Shown piece after piece: positions 1 to 11,128 of a stretch of DNA of 64,000 nucleotides. Below the pieces are notes generated by a model that was not told where the DNA came from, searched no databases, and was given only the letters and a program-made list of their open reading frames with translations. Source of the DNA: Clostridia bacterium (lineage in GTDB: Bacteria; Bacillota; Clostridia; JAAYHZ01). A program made the translations under genes and the position numbers. The number at the start of each line of letters is the position of its first letter. Within the stretch, counting starts at the first letter, position 1. The stretch lies in contig JBMNIH010000004.1 of assembly GCA_050950825.1 (NCBI GenBank), positions 512,001 to 576,000 on the forward strand, given 5' to 3'.

Positions 1-1
1 C

Positions 2-1855
2 GAGTTGCAAATGTTTGACGTGGATAAAAAAGAAGTAAAAGACGCCGTAGAAAAGGCTTACCGTGAGCTTGATGCTTTTCGAAGGGATATGCAACGGGAA
101 GGAGAAAACGCGCTGCGTATAATACGACAGAAGGGTATGAAGGGGATTGTTTTGGCGGGAAGACCCTATCATACGGATCCGCAAATTAATCACGGCATTC
201 CGGAGATGATCAATTCTCTCGGTATGGCGGTCTTGACGGAAGACTCCGTATCTCATTTGGGGCGACTCGAAGCTCCCTTACGAGTAGTGAACCAATGGGC
301 ATATCATGCTCGATTGTATATGGCCGCAAAATACGTAGCGACACAAAAGGATTTGGAACTGGTTCAGTTAAACTCTTTCGGATGCGGCCTCGATGCCGTT
401 ACAACGGATCAAGTCCAAGAAATTTTAAACGGGCATTCGAAGATTTATACCTTATTAAAAATCGACGAAGGAAACAATTTAGGTGCCGCCCGCATAAGAC
501 TTCGCTCCTTGAAAGCCATCATGGAAGAAAGGGAGAGAAACCGATACGTTAACAAGAAGGAAACCGAGCCCTTTAAAAAAATTCCTTTTACAAAGGAAAT
601 GAAAAAGACACATACCATTATTGCGCCGGAGCTATCCCCGATCCACTTTAGGTTTGTGGAAGAGGCCTTCCGGCTATCCGGATACCAAACGGCGGTTCTT
701 CCCATACAAAATACTCGGGCCGTGGATATCGGTTTGAAATACGTTAACAACGACGCATGCTATCCTTCCATTATCGTGACGGGACAAATTATTGAAGCGC
801 TACAATCGGGAAAGTACGACCCGGACAATACCTCCGTTATTATCACCCAAACGGGAGGAGGCTGTCGGGCCACCAACTATATTGCATTTATACGTAAAGC
901 TTTACGCGATGCCGGTTTTAAAAATGTTCCCGTTATTTCCTTAAATGCAGGCGGTTTGGAGAAGAATCCGGGCTTTAAGATTACACCGAATTTGATCCAT
1001 CGGAGTCTGTACGGCCTTTTATACGGAGATTTGCTCATGAGCGTTTTGTACCGAACGAGGCCTTATGAAAAAATAAAGGGGTCGGCTAATGAATTGTATC
1101 GAAAGTGGTCGGATCGGTGCATCGATTCTCTTAAGAACGCTCGGAAAGAGGTTTTTGAGGAGAATATACGGGGAATTGTGAACGAGTTTGATTCCTTGGA
1201 GATAACCGATGAAATCAAGCCGAAGGTGGGGCTGGTAGGAGAAATATTGGTCAAGTATCATCCCCTTGCCAACAACAACGTGGTCAATGTAGTTGAGGAA
1301 GAAGGGGGAGAAGCGGTTACACCGAGCTTGACAGACTTCTTACTGTACTGTGCTTACAATAAAAATTTTCAGTATACATACGGCTCGGGAAGCAAGCTTG
1401 CTCAAATACTGGGAAATGCAGCTATCAAAATCGTTGAGCTTTACCGTCGAACCTATAAACAGGCGTTAGCCGGAAGCAAACGCTTTTATCCTCAAAAAAC
1501 CATACAGGAAATTGCCCAAGGCGCGTCAAAAATCATGTCCTTGGGAAATCAAACCGGGGAAGGATGGCTTTTAACGGGTGAGATGGTCAAGTTGATTGAA
1601 AGCGGTATTAAAAACATTATATGCATGCAGCCTTTTGCATGCTTACCCAATCATGTAGTCGGAAAGGGTATGATAAAAGAATTAAAACGATTGTATCCCG
1701 ATTCGAATATTGTAGCCGTGGACTATGATCCCGGAGCAAGCGAGGTCAACCAATTGAACCGCATCAAATTGATGATCTCTACGGCCTTTGAAAACATACG
1801 AGGAAAAGTTGAAACAACAACGTCCTTGAAGCAAGCGAATGCCGGAACAGGGTAA
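2..1855 (+). CDS. 2-hydroxyacyl-CoA dehydratase activase-related protein (DUF2229-type), C-terminal part; 5' end lies outside the window
   Basis: Motifs GRPYH, NSFGCGLDAVT, NNDACYP, QTGGGCRATNY and QPFACLPNH are typical of this family; frame is open from the window start. Confidence 0.8.
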   Translation, partial: ELQMFDVDKKEVKDAVEKAYRELDAFRRDMQREGENALRIIRQKGMKGIVLAGRPYHTDPQINHGIPEMINSLGMAVLTEDSVSHLGRLEAPLRVVNQWAYHARLYMAAKYVATQKDLELVQLNSFGCGLDAVTTDQVQEILNGHSKIYTLLKIDEGNNLGAARIRLRSLKAIMEERERNRYVNKKETEPFKKIPFTKEMKKTHTIIAPELSPIHFRFVEEAFRLSGYQTAVLPIQNTRAVDIGLKYVNNDACYPSIIVTGQIIEALQSGKYDPDNTSVIITQTGGGCRATNYIAFIRKALRDAGFKNVPVISLNAGGLEKNPGFKITPNLIHRSLYGLLYGDLLMSVLYRTRPYEKIKGSANELYRKWSDRCIDSLKNARKEVFEENIRGIVNEFDSLEITDEIKPKVGLVGEILVKYHPLANNNVVNVVEEEGGEAVTPSLTDFLLYCAYNKNFQYTYGSGSKLAQILGNAAIKIVELYRRTYKQALAGSKRFYPQKTIQEIAQGASKIMSLGNQTGEGWLLTGEMVKLIESGIKNIICMQPFACLPNHVVGKGMIKELKRLYPDSNIVAVDYDPGASEVNQLNRIKLMISTAFENIRGKVETTTSLKQANAGTG

Positions 1856-1883
1856 AGAACGAAATCCTTATATTCAAAAAAAC

Positions 1884-1911
1884 AAAAACCACTTCGTTTG
1901 AAGTGGTTTTT
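1884..1911. terminator. Bidirectional intrinsic terminator
   Basis: AAAAACCACTTC-gttt-GAAGTGGTTTTT between the convergent CDS and tRNA. Confidence 0.8.
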
Positions 1912-1918
1912 ATGCGGG

Positions 1919-1994
1919 TGGCAGGGGAGAAGGGACTCGAACCCCCAGCCCACGGTTTTGGAGACCGCTACTCTGCCAATTGAGCTACTCCCCT
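1919..1994 (-). tRNA. tRNA-Trp (CCA)
   Basis: Reverse complement AGGGGAGTAGCTCAATTGGCAGAGTAGCGGTCTCCAAAACCG...GGTTCGAGTCCCTTCTCCCCTGCCA; 76 nt cloverleaf with encoded CCA. Confidence 0.97.
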
Positions 1995-2012
1995 TCGGCT
2001 GTGCCGTTGTTG

Positions 2013-2042
2013 ATTATACAATACAAAAGAAGATTATGTCAA
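2013..2042 (-). promoter_or_regulatory. Sigma-A promoter for tRNA-Trp
   Basis: TTGACA-18 nt-TATAAT on the minus strand just upstream of the tRNA. Confidence 0.65.
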
Positions 2043-2252
2043 GCGATTTTTTGCAAGTTTGCGAGGGGACTTTTGTGACTTTTGTGATTAACGACATTTT
2101 TCCTGATGCGTTTTATTATTGACATAAGATAACAAAGAAGGGATATATATTTTTGGGCGAAAAAACAGAAAATAAGGTACGAAGTTTTATGATATGATAT
2201 AATCAAAGCTCGTTAAGAAGCAAAAACGAATATACATATACTTGATGACGAG

Positions 2253-3005
2253 GTGGTTAAGATGGATAATAGTAAACCGAACGACAGCTTAAGGAATGTA
2301 AAAATTACACGCAACTATATTCCCTATGCGGAAGGGTCCGTTTTAATAGAAATGGGGAATACAAAAGTCATATGCACCGCTACCGTGGAGGATCGAATTC
2401 CGCCTTTTAAAAAAGATACCGGAGAAGGCTGGGTTACAGCGGAATACAGCATGATTCCGAGAGCCACACAGACAAGAAAGCCCCGAGATATATCCAAATT
2501 AAAGCTGGACGGTAGAAGCGGAGAGATTCAAAGACTCATTGGAAGAGCTTTACGATCGGTTGTAGACGTAACGAAGTTGGGAGAACGATTAATCACCATC
2601 GATTGTGATGTCATCCAAGCGGACGGAGGAACAAGAACGGCTTCCATAACCGGAGGCTTTATCGCTATGTTTGACGCATGCAAGCTCTTAAAAGACCAAG
2701 GGCTCATTGAGGAGATCCCCGTAAAGGATTTTTTGGCTGCCGTAAGCGTAGGAATCGTAGCCGGGGAGCCGGTGCTGGATTTGTGTTTTGAACTGGACTC
2801 CAATGCGGACGTGGATTTAAACGTTGTGATGACCGGGTCCGGTAAGCTGGTGGAAGTTCAAGGAACGGCGGAAAAAGTTCCTTTCGATCGTCAACAGTTG
2901 AACGAGCTGTTGGATTTAGCCGAAAAAGGAATTCGAGAGCTTTTGGACATTCAAAAAGAATGCCTGGGCGAAGATGCAACATTGGTTGGTGCGGTATCCG
3001 TCTGA
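2253..3005 (+). CDS. rph: Ribonuclease PH
   Basis: [25 protein letters not shown] and [18 protein letters not shown] motifs. Confidence 0.97.
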   Translation: MVKMDNSKPNDSLRNVKITRNYIPYAEGSVLIEMGNTKVICTATVEDRIPPFKKDTGEGWVTAEYSMIPRATQTRKPRDISKLKLDGRSGEIQRLIGRALRSVVDVTKLGERLITIDCDVIQADGGTRTASITGGFIAMFDACKLLKDQGLIEEIPVKDFLAAVSVGIVAGEPVLDLCFELDSNADVDLNVVMTGSGKLVEVQGTAEKVPFDRQQLNELLDLAEKGIRELLDIQKECLGEDATLVGAVSV

Positions 3006-3607
3006 TGAAAAAAGTAATTGTTGCTACGAAGAACAAAGGTAAGCTGAGAGAGATCAAAAGGATTTTAGAAGATTTTGAATTTGACGTTATTTCCATGGAA
3101 GAAGCCGGTATCGAGGATACGATCGAGGAAACCGGACACACTTTTGATGAGAATGCCTTCATTAAAGCCATGCATATACACAAAAAGACCGGAAAAACGG
3201 TTATTGCCGACGACTCCGGTTTGGAGGTGGAGGCGTTAAGCGGCGCACCCGGCATATATTCCGCCCGTTATGCCGGAGAAGATGCCAATGACAAGAAAAA
3301 CAATCAAAAGCTATTGGAAGAACTAAAGGATATTCCGAAAGAAAAAAGAGACGCTCGATTCGTATGCGCCATCGCCGTCGTGATGGAAGACGGACAGTCC
3401 TTTATTGTACGGGGTACGGTTGAAGGATTTATCGGATTTGAACCGAAAGGAGAAAACGGCTTCGGTTATGACCCGTTGTTTGTTTTGCCGCAATACGAAA
3501 AAACGATGGCCCAGTTGACTTCGGAGGAGAAAAACAAAATCAGCCACCGCGGAAAAGCGTTATTGAAAATGGTAGATGAGCTGAAAAAACGTGTATCCGC
3601 CGTATAA
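3005..3607 (+). CDS. rdgB: XTP/dITP pyrophosphatase (Ham1 family)
   Basis: ATKNKGK, ADDSGL, GFGYDPLF and KNKISHRGKA; ATG at 3005 overlaps the rph stop. Confidence 0.95.
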   Translation: MKKVIVATKNKGKLREIKRILEDFEFDVISMEEAGIEDTIEETGHTFDENAFIKAMHIHKKTGKTVIADDSGLEVEALSGAPGIYSARYAGEDANDKKNNQKLLEELKDIPKEKRDARFVCAIAVVMEDGQSFIVRGTVEGFIGFEPKGENGFGYDPLFVLPQYEKTMAQLTSEEKNKISHRGKALLKMVDELKKRVSAV

Positions 3608-3635
3608 GAAGAACGGAAAGATAAAAATCTTTTTG

Positions 3636-3665
3636 TTGACATTGATTTATGAAGTTTAGTATAAT
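3636..3665 (+). promoter_or_regulatory. Sigma-A promoter of yceD-rpmF
   Basis: TTGACA-18 nt-TATAAT. Confidence 0.6.
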
Positions 3666-3692
3666 ATCCATTGCCGGTTTGCGAGGTGTAAC

Positions 3693-4205
3693 ATGAAATT
3701 TGACATAACCGATATTAAAAAAGAATCGGGAGCCGTTATGGAAATTCGATACCAAGGCCCCCTTGTTCAAGATGATTTGTATGACATGATCTCCGTGAAG
3801 GACGATGTCTTGATAGAAGGTACCTTGACCAATCAAGGAGAGGAAATATTCCTTTCCGGAGTGTTGAAATTAACATACACAGGACAATGCGCCAGATGTT
3901 TAAAACCGGTAACAAGAACCATGACCTTACAGTTAAATGAAAGATTTTCTTCTCGAGATACCGATGATGACGATGTGTATCCCTATGAAGGAAATTTTGT
4001 GGATTTGACAAAGACCGTAAATGATAATATAATTGTCGCGTTGCCTGTAAGATTGTTGTGTTCCGAGCAGTGCAAGGGTCTTTGCCCGGTATGCGGGAAA
4101 AACCTCAACCAAGGTTCTTGCCAATGCAGACCGGAACAAGAAGATAAGAAACAAGAAAAAACCGAGAACCCCTTCGGTATATTAAAAGATTACTTTAGCC
4201 ATTAA
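3693..4205 (+). CDS. yceD: YceD/DUF177 family protein
   Basis: CARCL and LCSEQCKGLCPVCG motifs; directly upstream of rpmF. Confidence 0.9.
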   Translation: MKFDITDIKKESGAVMEIRYQGPLVQDDLYDMISVKDDVLIEGTLTNQGEEIFLSGVLKLTYTGQCARCLKPVTRTMTLQLNERFSSRDTDDDDVYPYEGNFVDLTKTVNDNIIVALPVRLLCSEQCKGLCPVCGKNLNQGSCQCRPEQEDKKQEKTENPFGILKDYFSH

Positions 4206-4292
4206 TTTGTAATGATAGGGTTACAAGTTGAAATATGACTTTTTTAATGTGAAAGGAGTTGAATGACCGTTATTCAAGGAACGGTGTAACAT

Positions 4293-4478
4293 ATGGCATT
4301 ACCAAAAAGAAAGGTCTCCAAACAAAGAAGGAATAAAAGAAGAACGCATTGGAAGCTTACTGCACCGAACTTGGTGGAATGCCCGCAATGCCACGAGTTG
4401 AAGCTGTCCCACAAGGTATGTAGCAACTGCGGATTCTACAAAGGAAAGCAAGTTATTGCGGTAGAGGGGCAAGAATAA
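4293..4478 (+). CDS. rpmF: 50S ribosomal protein L32 (Zn-binding form)
   Basis: [17 protein letters not shown]...CPQC...CSNCG. Confidence 0.97.
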   Translation: MALPKRKVSKQRRNKRRTHWKLTAPNLVECPQCHELKLSHKVCSNCGFYKGKQVIAVEGQE

Positions 4479-4497
4479 GGATTAGAACATAAGGGCG

Positions 4498-4520
4498 GCA
4501 GCAGTAACTGCTGCTTTTTT
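4498..4520 (+). terminator. Intrinsic terminator after rpmF
   Basis: GCAGCAG-taa-CTGCTGC followed by a T tract. Confidence 0.7.
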
Positions 4521-4544
4521 CTTTATGGTCGAAAAAGTCGGAAT

Positions 4545-5879
4545 ATGGTCAAAAAACGCGGATTGATTTGTAAAGTTGAAGAAGGCTCCATTGCAGAACA
4601 AGCGGGAATCGAAAAAGGCGATGTTTTACTGTCCGTTAACGGACAAGACATCACGGATATTTTTGATTACCGTTTTTTCACTGCCGATGAAAACATATTG
4701 GTGGCCATCCGAAAACCCAATGGAGAAACATGGGAAATCGATATTGAAAAAGACCCTTACGAAGATTTAGGTATCGAATTCGATCCGCCCCTCATCGACC
4801 AAGAAAAATCCTGCAGAAACAAGTGTATTTTTTGCTTTATCGACCAACTGCCTCCCGCCATGCGGGATACGCTGTATTTTAAAGACGATGACGCCCGACT
4901 ATCCTTTTTAACCGGAAACTATGTGACGCTGACCAATTGCAATAATGATGATCTTGAGCGCATTATTAAGTACAAGCTTTCTCCCGTAAATATATCGGTT
5001 CACGCTACCGATCCCGAAGTAAGGCGAAAAATGATGAACAATCGCTTCGCCGGCAAAATTATGGAACAAATAGCCTTGTTGACGAAGAATAACATCACGG
5101 TAAATTGCCAATTGGTCGTATGTAAAGGCATTAATGACGGAAAAATATTAGAGAAGTCGATTCAAGACCTGGCGGAATATTACCCCGACGTAAACAGCAT
5201 TTCCGTTGTACCGGTCGGATTGACGGCGCATCGGGAAAAATTGTTCCCTTTAGAACCTTTTAAAAAAGAAGAAGCGTTGGAAATCATTCATACCGTGGAA
5301 AAGTTTCAGGAGCGATATTTAAAAGAAAAAGGTTCAAGAATCGTTTTTATCGCCGACGAGTTTTATGTTTTGGCGGAGAAAGATTATCCCGATTACGATG
5401 CATACGAATCCTTTCCGCAATTGGAAAACGGGGTAGGTCTTTTGGCATCCTTTGAAAAAGAATTCAACGATGCTTTCGAGGAAACGCAACCGCTGAAAAA
5501 AGCCCTATACGGCGGAAAACGGGAAACGATTTCGATTGCAACGGGAAAAGCCGCCGAAAACTATATACGAAGGCTTTGCCAAAAAGTAACCGCCGTATAC
5601 CCCGTCAATATCCAAGTGTTTGGTATTGAGAACCGATTTTTCGGAACCTCCGTTACCGTTGCCGGCTTGTTGACCGGCCAAGACATAGCGGCACAGCTTA
5701 TAGGCAAGGATTTGGGAAGCCGCTTGCTATTGCCGGAAACCGTGTTTCGTGCGGGGGAGAGAACCTTTTTGGACGATATGACTTTAGAAGACTTGGAAAA
5801 AGCTTTAAAGGTAAAGGTCGTGGCAGTGAGGAATAACGGGGAAGAATTTTTGAAAAACCTTTTAGGAGTTGAGATATGA
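4545..5879 (+). CDS. DUF512 family PDZ plus radical-SAM-like protein
   Basis: N-terminal PDZ-like segment, CRNKCIFC motif, KDDDARLSFL and QLENGVG. Confidence 0.88.
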   Translation: MVKKRGLICKVEEGSIAEQAGIEKGDVLLSVNGQDITDIFDYRFFTADENILVAIRKPNGETWEIDIEKDPYEDLGIEFDPPLIDQEKSCRNKCIFCFIDQLPPAMRDTLYFKDDDARLSFLTGNYVTLTNCNNDDLERIIKYKLSPVNISVHATDPEVRRKMMNNRFAGKIMEQIALLTKNNITVNCQLVVCKGINDGKILEKSIQDLAEYYPDVNSISVVPVGLTAHREKLFPLEPFKKEEALEIIHTVEKFQERYLKEKGSRIVFIADEFYVLAEKDYPDYDAYESFPQLENGVGLLASFEKEFNDAFEETQPLKKALYGGKRETISIATGKAAENYIRRLCQKVTAVYPVNIQVFGIENRFFGTSVTVAGLLTGQDIAAQLIGKDLGSRLLLPETVFRAGERTFLDDMTLEDLEKALKVKVVAVRNNGEEFLKNLLGVEI

Positions 5880-7201
5880 CAAAGCCCATTGTAGCAATCG
5901 TAGGCAGACCGAATGTTGGAAAATCAACATTATTTAACTACTTGGCGGGAAAGAGAATATCCATTGTGGAAGATACACCCGGCATTACCCGTGACCGCGT
6001 GTATGCAAACAGCGAATGGTTAGGGAAAGAGTTTGTCCTAATCGATACCGGAGGTATCGAGCCGGAACCGAGCGACGACATTACGGCTGCGATTAAAACC
6101 CAAGCGGAGATTGCCATAGAGTCCGCCGATGTCATCCTGTTTTTAACCGATGCCAAAAGCGGTTTGTTGGAAGCCGACAAGGAAATTGCCCAAATGCTGC
6201 GTATGTCTAAAAAGCCGGTTGTTACGGTGGTCAATAAAGTGGATACGCCCGGAAGCCCCCCTTTACACGTTTATGACTTTTACGAACTGGGGTTGGGAGA
6301 GGTGTATACCATTTCGTCCATCCACGGAATGGGCATCGGCGATGTTTTAGATGAGGTCATCTCCTACTTCCCGGATGAAACCCATGAAGGCGAAGAAACC
6401 GACGCCATCAAAGTGGCGGTAATCGGAAAGCCCAATTCCGGAAAATCGTCTTTGATTAATAAAATTCTCGGCTACGAACGGGTGCTGGTCTCCGATGTTC
6501 CCGGTACGACGAGGGATGCCATTGACTCGGAAGTAGAGTTCAACGGCAAGAAGTATATTTTTATCGACACCGCCGGTATACGAAGAAAGAGCAAGATCAG
6601 CGACAATATCGAAAGGTACTCGGTACTTCGGTCTTTTCGCGCCATTGAGCGTGCCGATGTTTGCATCCTGATGGTGGACGGTTCCGAAGGAATTACGGAC
6701 CAAGACGCAAAAATTGCGGGATACGCCCATGATGAAGGAAAATCCATTATTGTTGCCATCAATAAATGGGATATGGTAGAAAAAGACACCAAAACCGTGA
6801 ATGAGTTTTACGAAAATACCTTCCGGGTGCTGTCCTTTATGACCTATGCTCCCATGGTAACCATATCCGCGCTTACGGGGCTTCGAGTCAACCGGTTGTT
6901 TCCTTTAATCGACGAAATTTATGAACAAGCATCTTTAGAGGTTCCCACCGGTATGTTGAACGACATCTTGTCCGAAGCCGTAGCGATGGTACAGCCGCCT
7001 TCGCATAAAGGGAAGCGTTTAAAAATATACTATATTACCCAAGTAGGGGTAAGACCTCCGAAGTTCGTTTTGTTTGTGAACGATCTTCAATTAATGCATT
7101 ATTCCTATGAACGATATATTGCCAATAAGCTGAGAGAGGCTTTTGAATTCAAAGGAACTTCCATAAAATTTATTATCCGAGAAAGAAACGAAAAAGTGTG
7201 A
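5876..7201 (+). CDS. der: Ribosome biogenesis GTPase Der (EngA)
   Basis: Two G domains (GRPNVGKS, GKPNSGKS; DTGG, DTAG) plus a KH-like C-terminus. Confidence 0.97.
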   Translation: MTKPIVAIVGRPNVGKSTLFNYLAGKRISIVEDTPGITRDRVYANSEWLGKEFVLIDTGGIEPEPSDDITAAIKTQAEIAIESADVILFLTDAKSGLLEADKEIAQMLRMSKKPVVTVVNKVDTPGSPPLHVYDFYELGLGEVYTISSIHGMGIGDVLDEVISYFPDETHEGEETDAIKVAVIGKPNSGKSSLINKILGYERVLVSDVPGTTRDAIDSEVEFNGKKYIFIDTAGIRRKSKISDNIERYSVLRSFRAIERADVCILMVDGSEGITDQDAKIAGYAHDEGKSIIVAINKWDMVEKDTKTVNEFYENTFRVLSFMTYAPMVTISALTGLRVNRLFPLIDEIYEQASLEVPTGMLNDILSEAVAMVQPPSHKGKRLKIYYITQVGVRPPKFVLFVNDLQLMHYSYERYIANKLREAFEFKGTSIKFIIRERNEKV

Positions 7202-7217
7202 TTGAGGGGGGTCGGAT

Positions 7218-7817
7218 ATGGTCATTCCATATATCATCGCCGCATTGGTCGGATACTTGTTAGGCGGCATCAACAGCGCAATTATTGTGGGAAAGCTTTC
7301 CGGAGTGGATGTACGCGAGCACGGAAGTAAAAATGCAGGATTGACTAATGCCGTTCGCGTTTTGGGAAAGAAAAAAGCGCTGTTCGTATTGTTAGGGGAT
7401 GTTCTCAAGGGCGTGCTGGCATGTGTTTTCGGTATTGTATTGGCACCCGATACGCCTTCGGTCATGCTTTTGGCAGGCCTTATGTGCGTTATCGGGCACA
7501 ACTGGCCTGTATACTTTGGTTTTAAGGGAGGAAAAGGTGCCTTAACCTCCGTCACCGTATTGTTTTTTGCCGATTATCGAATCGCGTTGATTTTAATCGG
7601 TGTGTTTATTCTCCTTGTCGCTTTGACCCGGTACGTGTCTTTAGGATCCATGACCGGTGCCGTTTTGTTGCCCGTATTCGGTATTGTATTCCGTAAGGGA
7701 TTGGATTTTTTCATCTTCTCCATGATTCTTGCCGTCATGCTGGTTTGGCGACATCGAGGTAACATACAAAGGCTAATCAAAGGGGAAGAATCCAAGCTGG
7801 ACTTAAAAAAGAAATAG
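7218..7817 (+). CDS. plsY: Glycerol-3-phosphate acyltransferase PlsY
   Basis: GSKNAGLTN, GHNWPVYFGFKGGKG and RHRGNIQRL; hydrophobic; follows der. Confidence 0.95.
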   Translation: MVIPYIIAALVGYLLGGINSAIIVGKLSGVDVREHGSKNAGLTNAVRVLGKKKALFVLLGDVLKGVLACVFGIVLAPDTPSVMLLAGLMCVIGHNWPVYFGFKGGKGALTSVTVLFFADYRIALILIGVFILLVALTRYVSLGSMTGAVLLPVFGIVFRKGLDFFIFSMILAVMLVWRHRGNIQRLIKGEESKLDLKKK

Positions 7818-7997
7818 CAATAAGGTTTTCACTCCCTCTTGGTAATCGAATCTCGTCCTTACAGATCTTCGGTTATGAAGATCCTTTTTCATCCGTATAT
7901 ATTTTAAAAGGAATATTAAATATTTACAAAAATAGCCGAACATGCTATCATAGTAATGGTGTATATTGTAAAAAAAGTAGGGTTGTCAAGGTGATTT

Positions 7998-9558
7998 ATG
8001 AAAAATATTCCTTTTAAAAAAGCCGTTCTGATCGTTCTTGTTTTATGTACATTCATATTCTTTCCATCTGTAATACGGAAGAGAATAACCGTAAATTCGT
8101 GTCTTATGAATCCGTCACCCCTCCTACGGAACAGTTGGATTTGACGGACGTCAGAATACTCATGCCGATGTACTTAATCAACCGGTCGGATCTTTTCACA
8201 ATCGAAGAAATAAGCAATGCTACAAAATTATTATCTTCAAAAACCGAAAAAGCTTTAAATTGCACGGTTACATTTGAACTTACCGAGACCGGCAAATATC
8301 TCTCTCAAATGGAGAATGCGGCCGCTGCAGGGATTTCTTACGATATTGTCTTCCTGATACCAAGCTCATCGAATGAAAACGAAGGTGCCTTTCAATTTGA
8401 TAAGGACATTTTTTTGTACCGGCCCTGGGTGGAAAAAGGATTGATTAAAGATATTACGGAGGATGTAAAAAAATATTTCCCTAAGGGTATCGTCTATACG
8501 GAGCTGATCGATAATGCCAAAGATCCGAACGGCAGGATCTATGCGATTCCCAAAGTCACGAAGGTCTTTGCAGCTTACGGGGTGCTTTGTACCCAAGAAG
8601 TATTGGAAAAATACGGTCGAGAAGAAATAAACGGCTACGCCGACTTCATCAATTTGATCGAATCGAATCTTGACAGAGAAGACCGGCTTTACGTCAAATT
8701 AAATTTTGGCCAATTCTTAAATATATACCTCCAAGATACGAAAAGAGTACCGGTAAGCGGCAGCATTATATACGACCGCAACAACGGAACGGTCAGTTAT
8801 TTGGAAGATACGGAAGTTCCTGAAACGGTTTTCACAAAATACAAGCAATACTGTGATATGGGGATAATCGACTATAAAAACAGCATTTTGCAAGGCTACG
8901 AAGACATCTACGTCCATGAATACATGGACTTCAAATCGTCTACGGGATATTTGTATATCCCGCACTTTGCCGATACCGTAAAAGACCGCTCGCTGTTACT
9001 CATCGGCGGTATAAACAACGACTTGTATTACTATACTTCAAGCTCGGCAATGGCCATATTTACAACATCGCGGCAAACCGAAAGAGCTCTTATGCTTTTG
9101 GAATTGCTGAATTCGGGGAATCGGGAATTTTCGGATATCCTTCGGTTCGGTGTCGAGGATAGGCATTATAAGGTTACGGAGGACAAAAAATCGATTTAAT
9201 CGGTTCTCTCGATATAAAGCAGCTTTTTTGGGGCGATCCGTTGCTGAATTATGATTCGGAAGCTATTGCTCCGTTTGCATTTGAAGAAAACGCGGATGAT
9301 TGGACGGTTTGCATGCTGAATGAGGTAAACAAAAAAACCGGCTACAAAGAAGCGAGGAAAGCCATCTTTACGATGTACCGTTATATGCCCGATGAAATTA
9401 AAGCGTTAGCGGAGAAAAGGGCGCTTCCTTATGGAACGGAAATTTTGGAATATTTCCAACGGGACGACGGGATCAATGAAATTTTGAATAAGCTGCAAGA
9501 GAATCGTGATGAACGCTTGTTCAATTGGGTGAAAGATTATCTGACGCCTAATTCTTAA
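7998..9558 (+). pseudogene. Frameshifted extracellular solute-binding-like lipoprotein, paralogue 1
   Basis: Signal peptide at 7998 is out of frame with ORF 8045-9199; a second break at an A6 run near 9185-9190 joins ORF 9241-9558; collinear with paralogue 2. Confidence 0.65.
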
Positions 9559-9608
9559 ACCGGAAATTTAAATCCGACGGTATGCCAATCGGAAAGGAAG
9601 ATCCGAAT

Positions 9609-11082
9609 ATGAATCAAAAATCAAGGTTGTATCAACGCCGTAAAATCCTCTTTTTTCTCCCGTTTTTTCTTATCCTATCGTTAATATCCTGCGATGTTCC
9701 GGAACGCATCCGTAAGGTAAGCAGCGGGTTTACGTACGGGACGGGTCAAAACCCGGACAGCGAATTGAAATTTGTGAACGTGAAAATCCTTTTACCTGCC
9801 AATGACATCTATCTTTTTTACTCCGACGGTATACAAGAAGCGGCGAATTTGCTATCGTCAAAAACGAAACAAGCATTGAATTGCTCGGTCACTATGGAAC
9901 TCATAGATGCGACCGGATACGAGAAGTATTTGGAAACGGCGGCCGCGTCGGGAATTCCTTACGACATCGTCATTCTAAAGCCGGGAGGAACGAATGAAAA
10001 TCCAAGAGCATACGATTTTCACGAAGAAGAATTTTGGTACACCGATTGGGTGAACAAAGGATTAATCAAAGACATAACCGAGGAAATAGCAACATACTTT
10101 CCGAAAGGGCTGGAATATATCGAAAGGCTCCCGAACGCCAAAAGCTTTGACGATCGGATCTATGCCGTTCCGAAGCTATACAAAGTCTTTCGCGTATACG
10201 GAGCCATTTGCACCCCGGAAGTTATCAAAAACTACGGAAACAATAAGGTTCATACGTATGAGGATTTCATTCGCCTTATCGATGCAAATTTGGAAGCCGG
10301 GGTGAATCTAAATGTTAACTTTGCCTTCTACCAATTGCTGGATATCTATCTTCAAGATGTATCCATGATAAGGCTAATCGCCGATACCGTATACGATATG
10401 ACCGACGGGTCCATCCGAAAAACAGCCGGATGACGATATTTACGTAACCGACTACAGGACTATTAAATACACCGAATTCGGGAACAACCAAGGCCCCTAT
10501 TTTGCAAAAACCGATGCCGATGATTCCTTTCTAATGATCGGCGGGGGAGTAAATGACGTATTTTATTGGACTTCCGATTCGGCAGTGGCTATTTTTATCA
10601 CATCTCCTCAAACGGAAAGAGCCTTGAGACTTTTGGATTTCGTCAATTCGGGAGATGAAGATATAACGGATATCCTTCAATTCGGTGTAAAAGACAAGCA
10701 CTATAAAAAATCACAAGATAAAAAAATCGAATTGCTTGAAGTCGGCACGGTTTTTTGGGGTGAAAGCCTGTTGAATTACGAATCCGAGGCAAGCGTGTTT
10801 TCCTTTGAGGAAAACGCGGATGAATGGAAAGAATGCCTTTTGAACACGAAGGTGAAAGAGATCGTACCGGGTATGCCGAATCAAAAGCTATTCCGGCTGT
10901 TCGGATACTTACCCGAAGAAATGAAACAAGCGGTTCGAGAAAGAACGAGTCTTACCAATACAATAACTTTATTGGAATATATCGAAAAAGAGAACGGGGT
11001 AAATGCATTGCTTACAAAAATGCGGTCCGAGCAAAAAGAGCAATTGCTTGATGCCATTTACCGCATTTTAAAAGGGCATTAA
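9609..11082 (+). pseudogene. Disrupted solute-binding-like lipoprotein, paralogue 2
   Basis: Lipobox LISC; shares SSKT..ALNC, KGLIKDITE, RIYA.PK and QTERAL with paralogue 1; internal deletion and frame change near 10415-10433. Confidence 0.65.
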
Positions 11083-11110
11083 AAAATCGGTCGCTATCGG
11101 CCGATTTTTC
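11081..11110. terminator. Bidirectional terminator
   Basis: AAAAAATCGGTCG-ctat-CGGCCGATTTTT between convergent genes. Confidence 0.7.
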
Positions 11111-11128
11111 ATTGGAAATTGAATTTTC

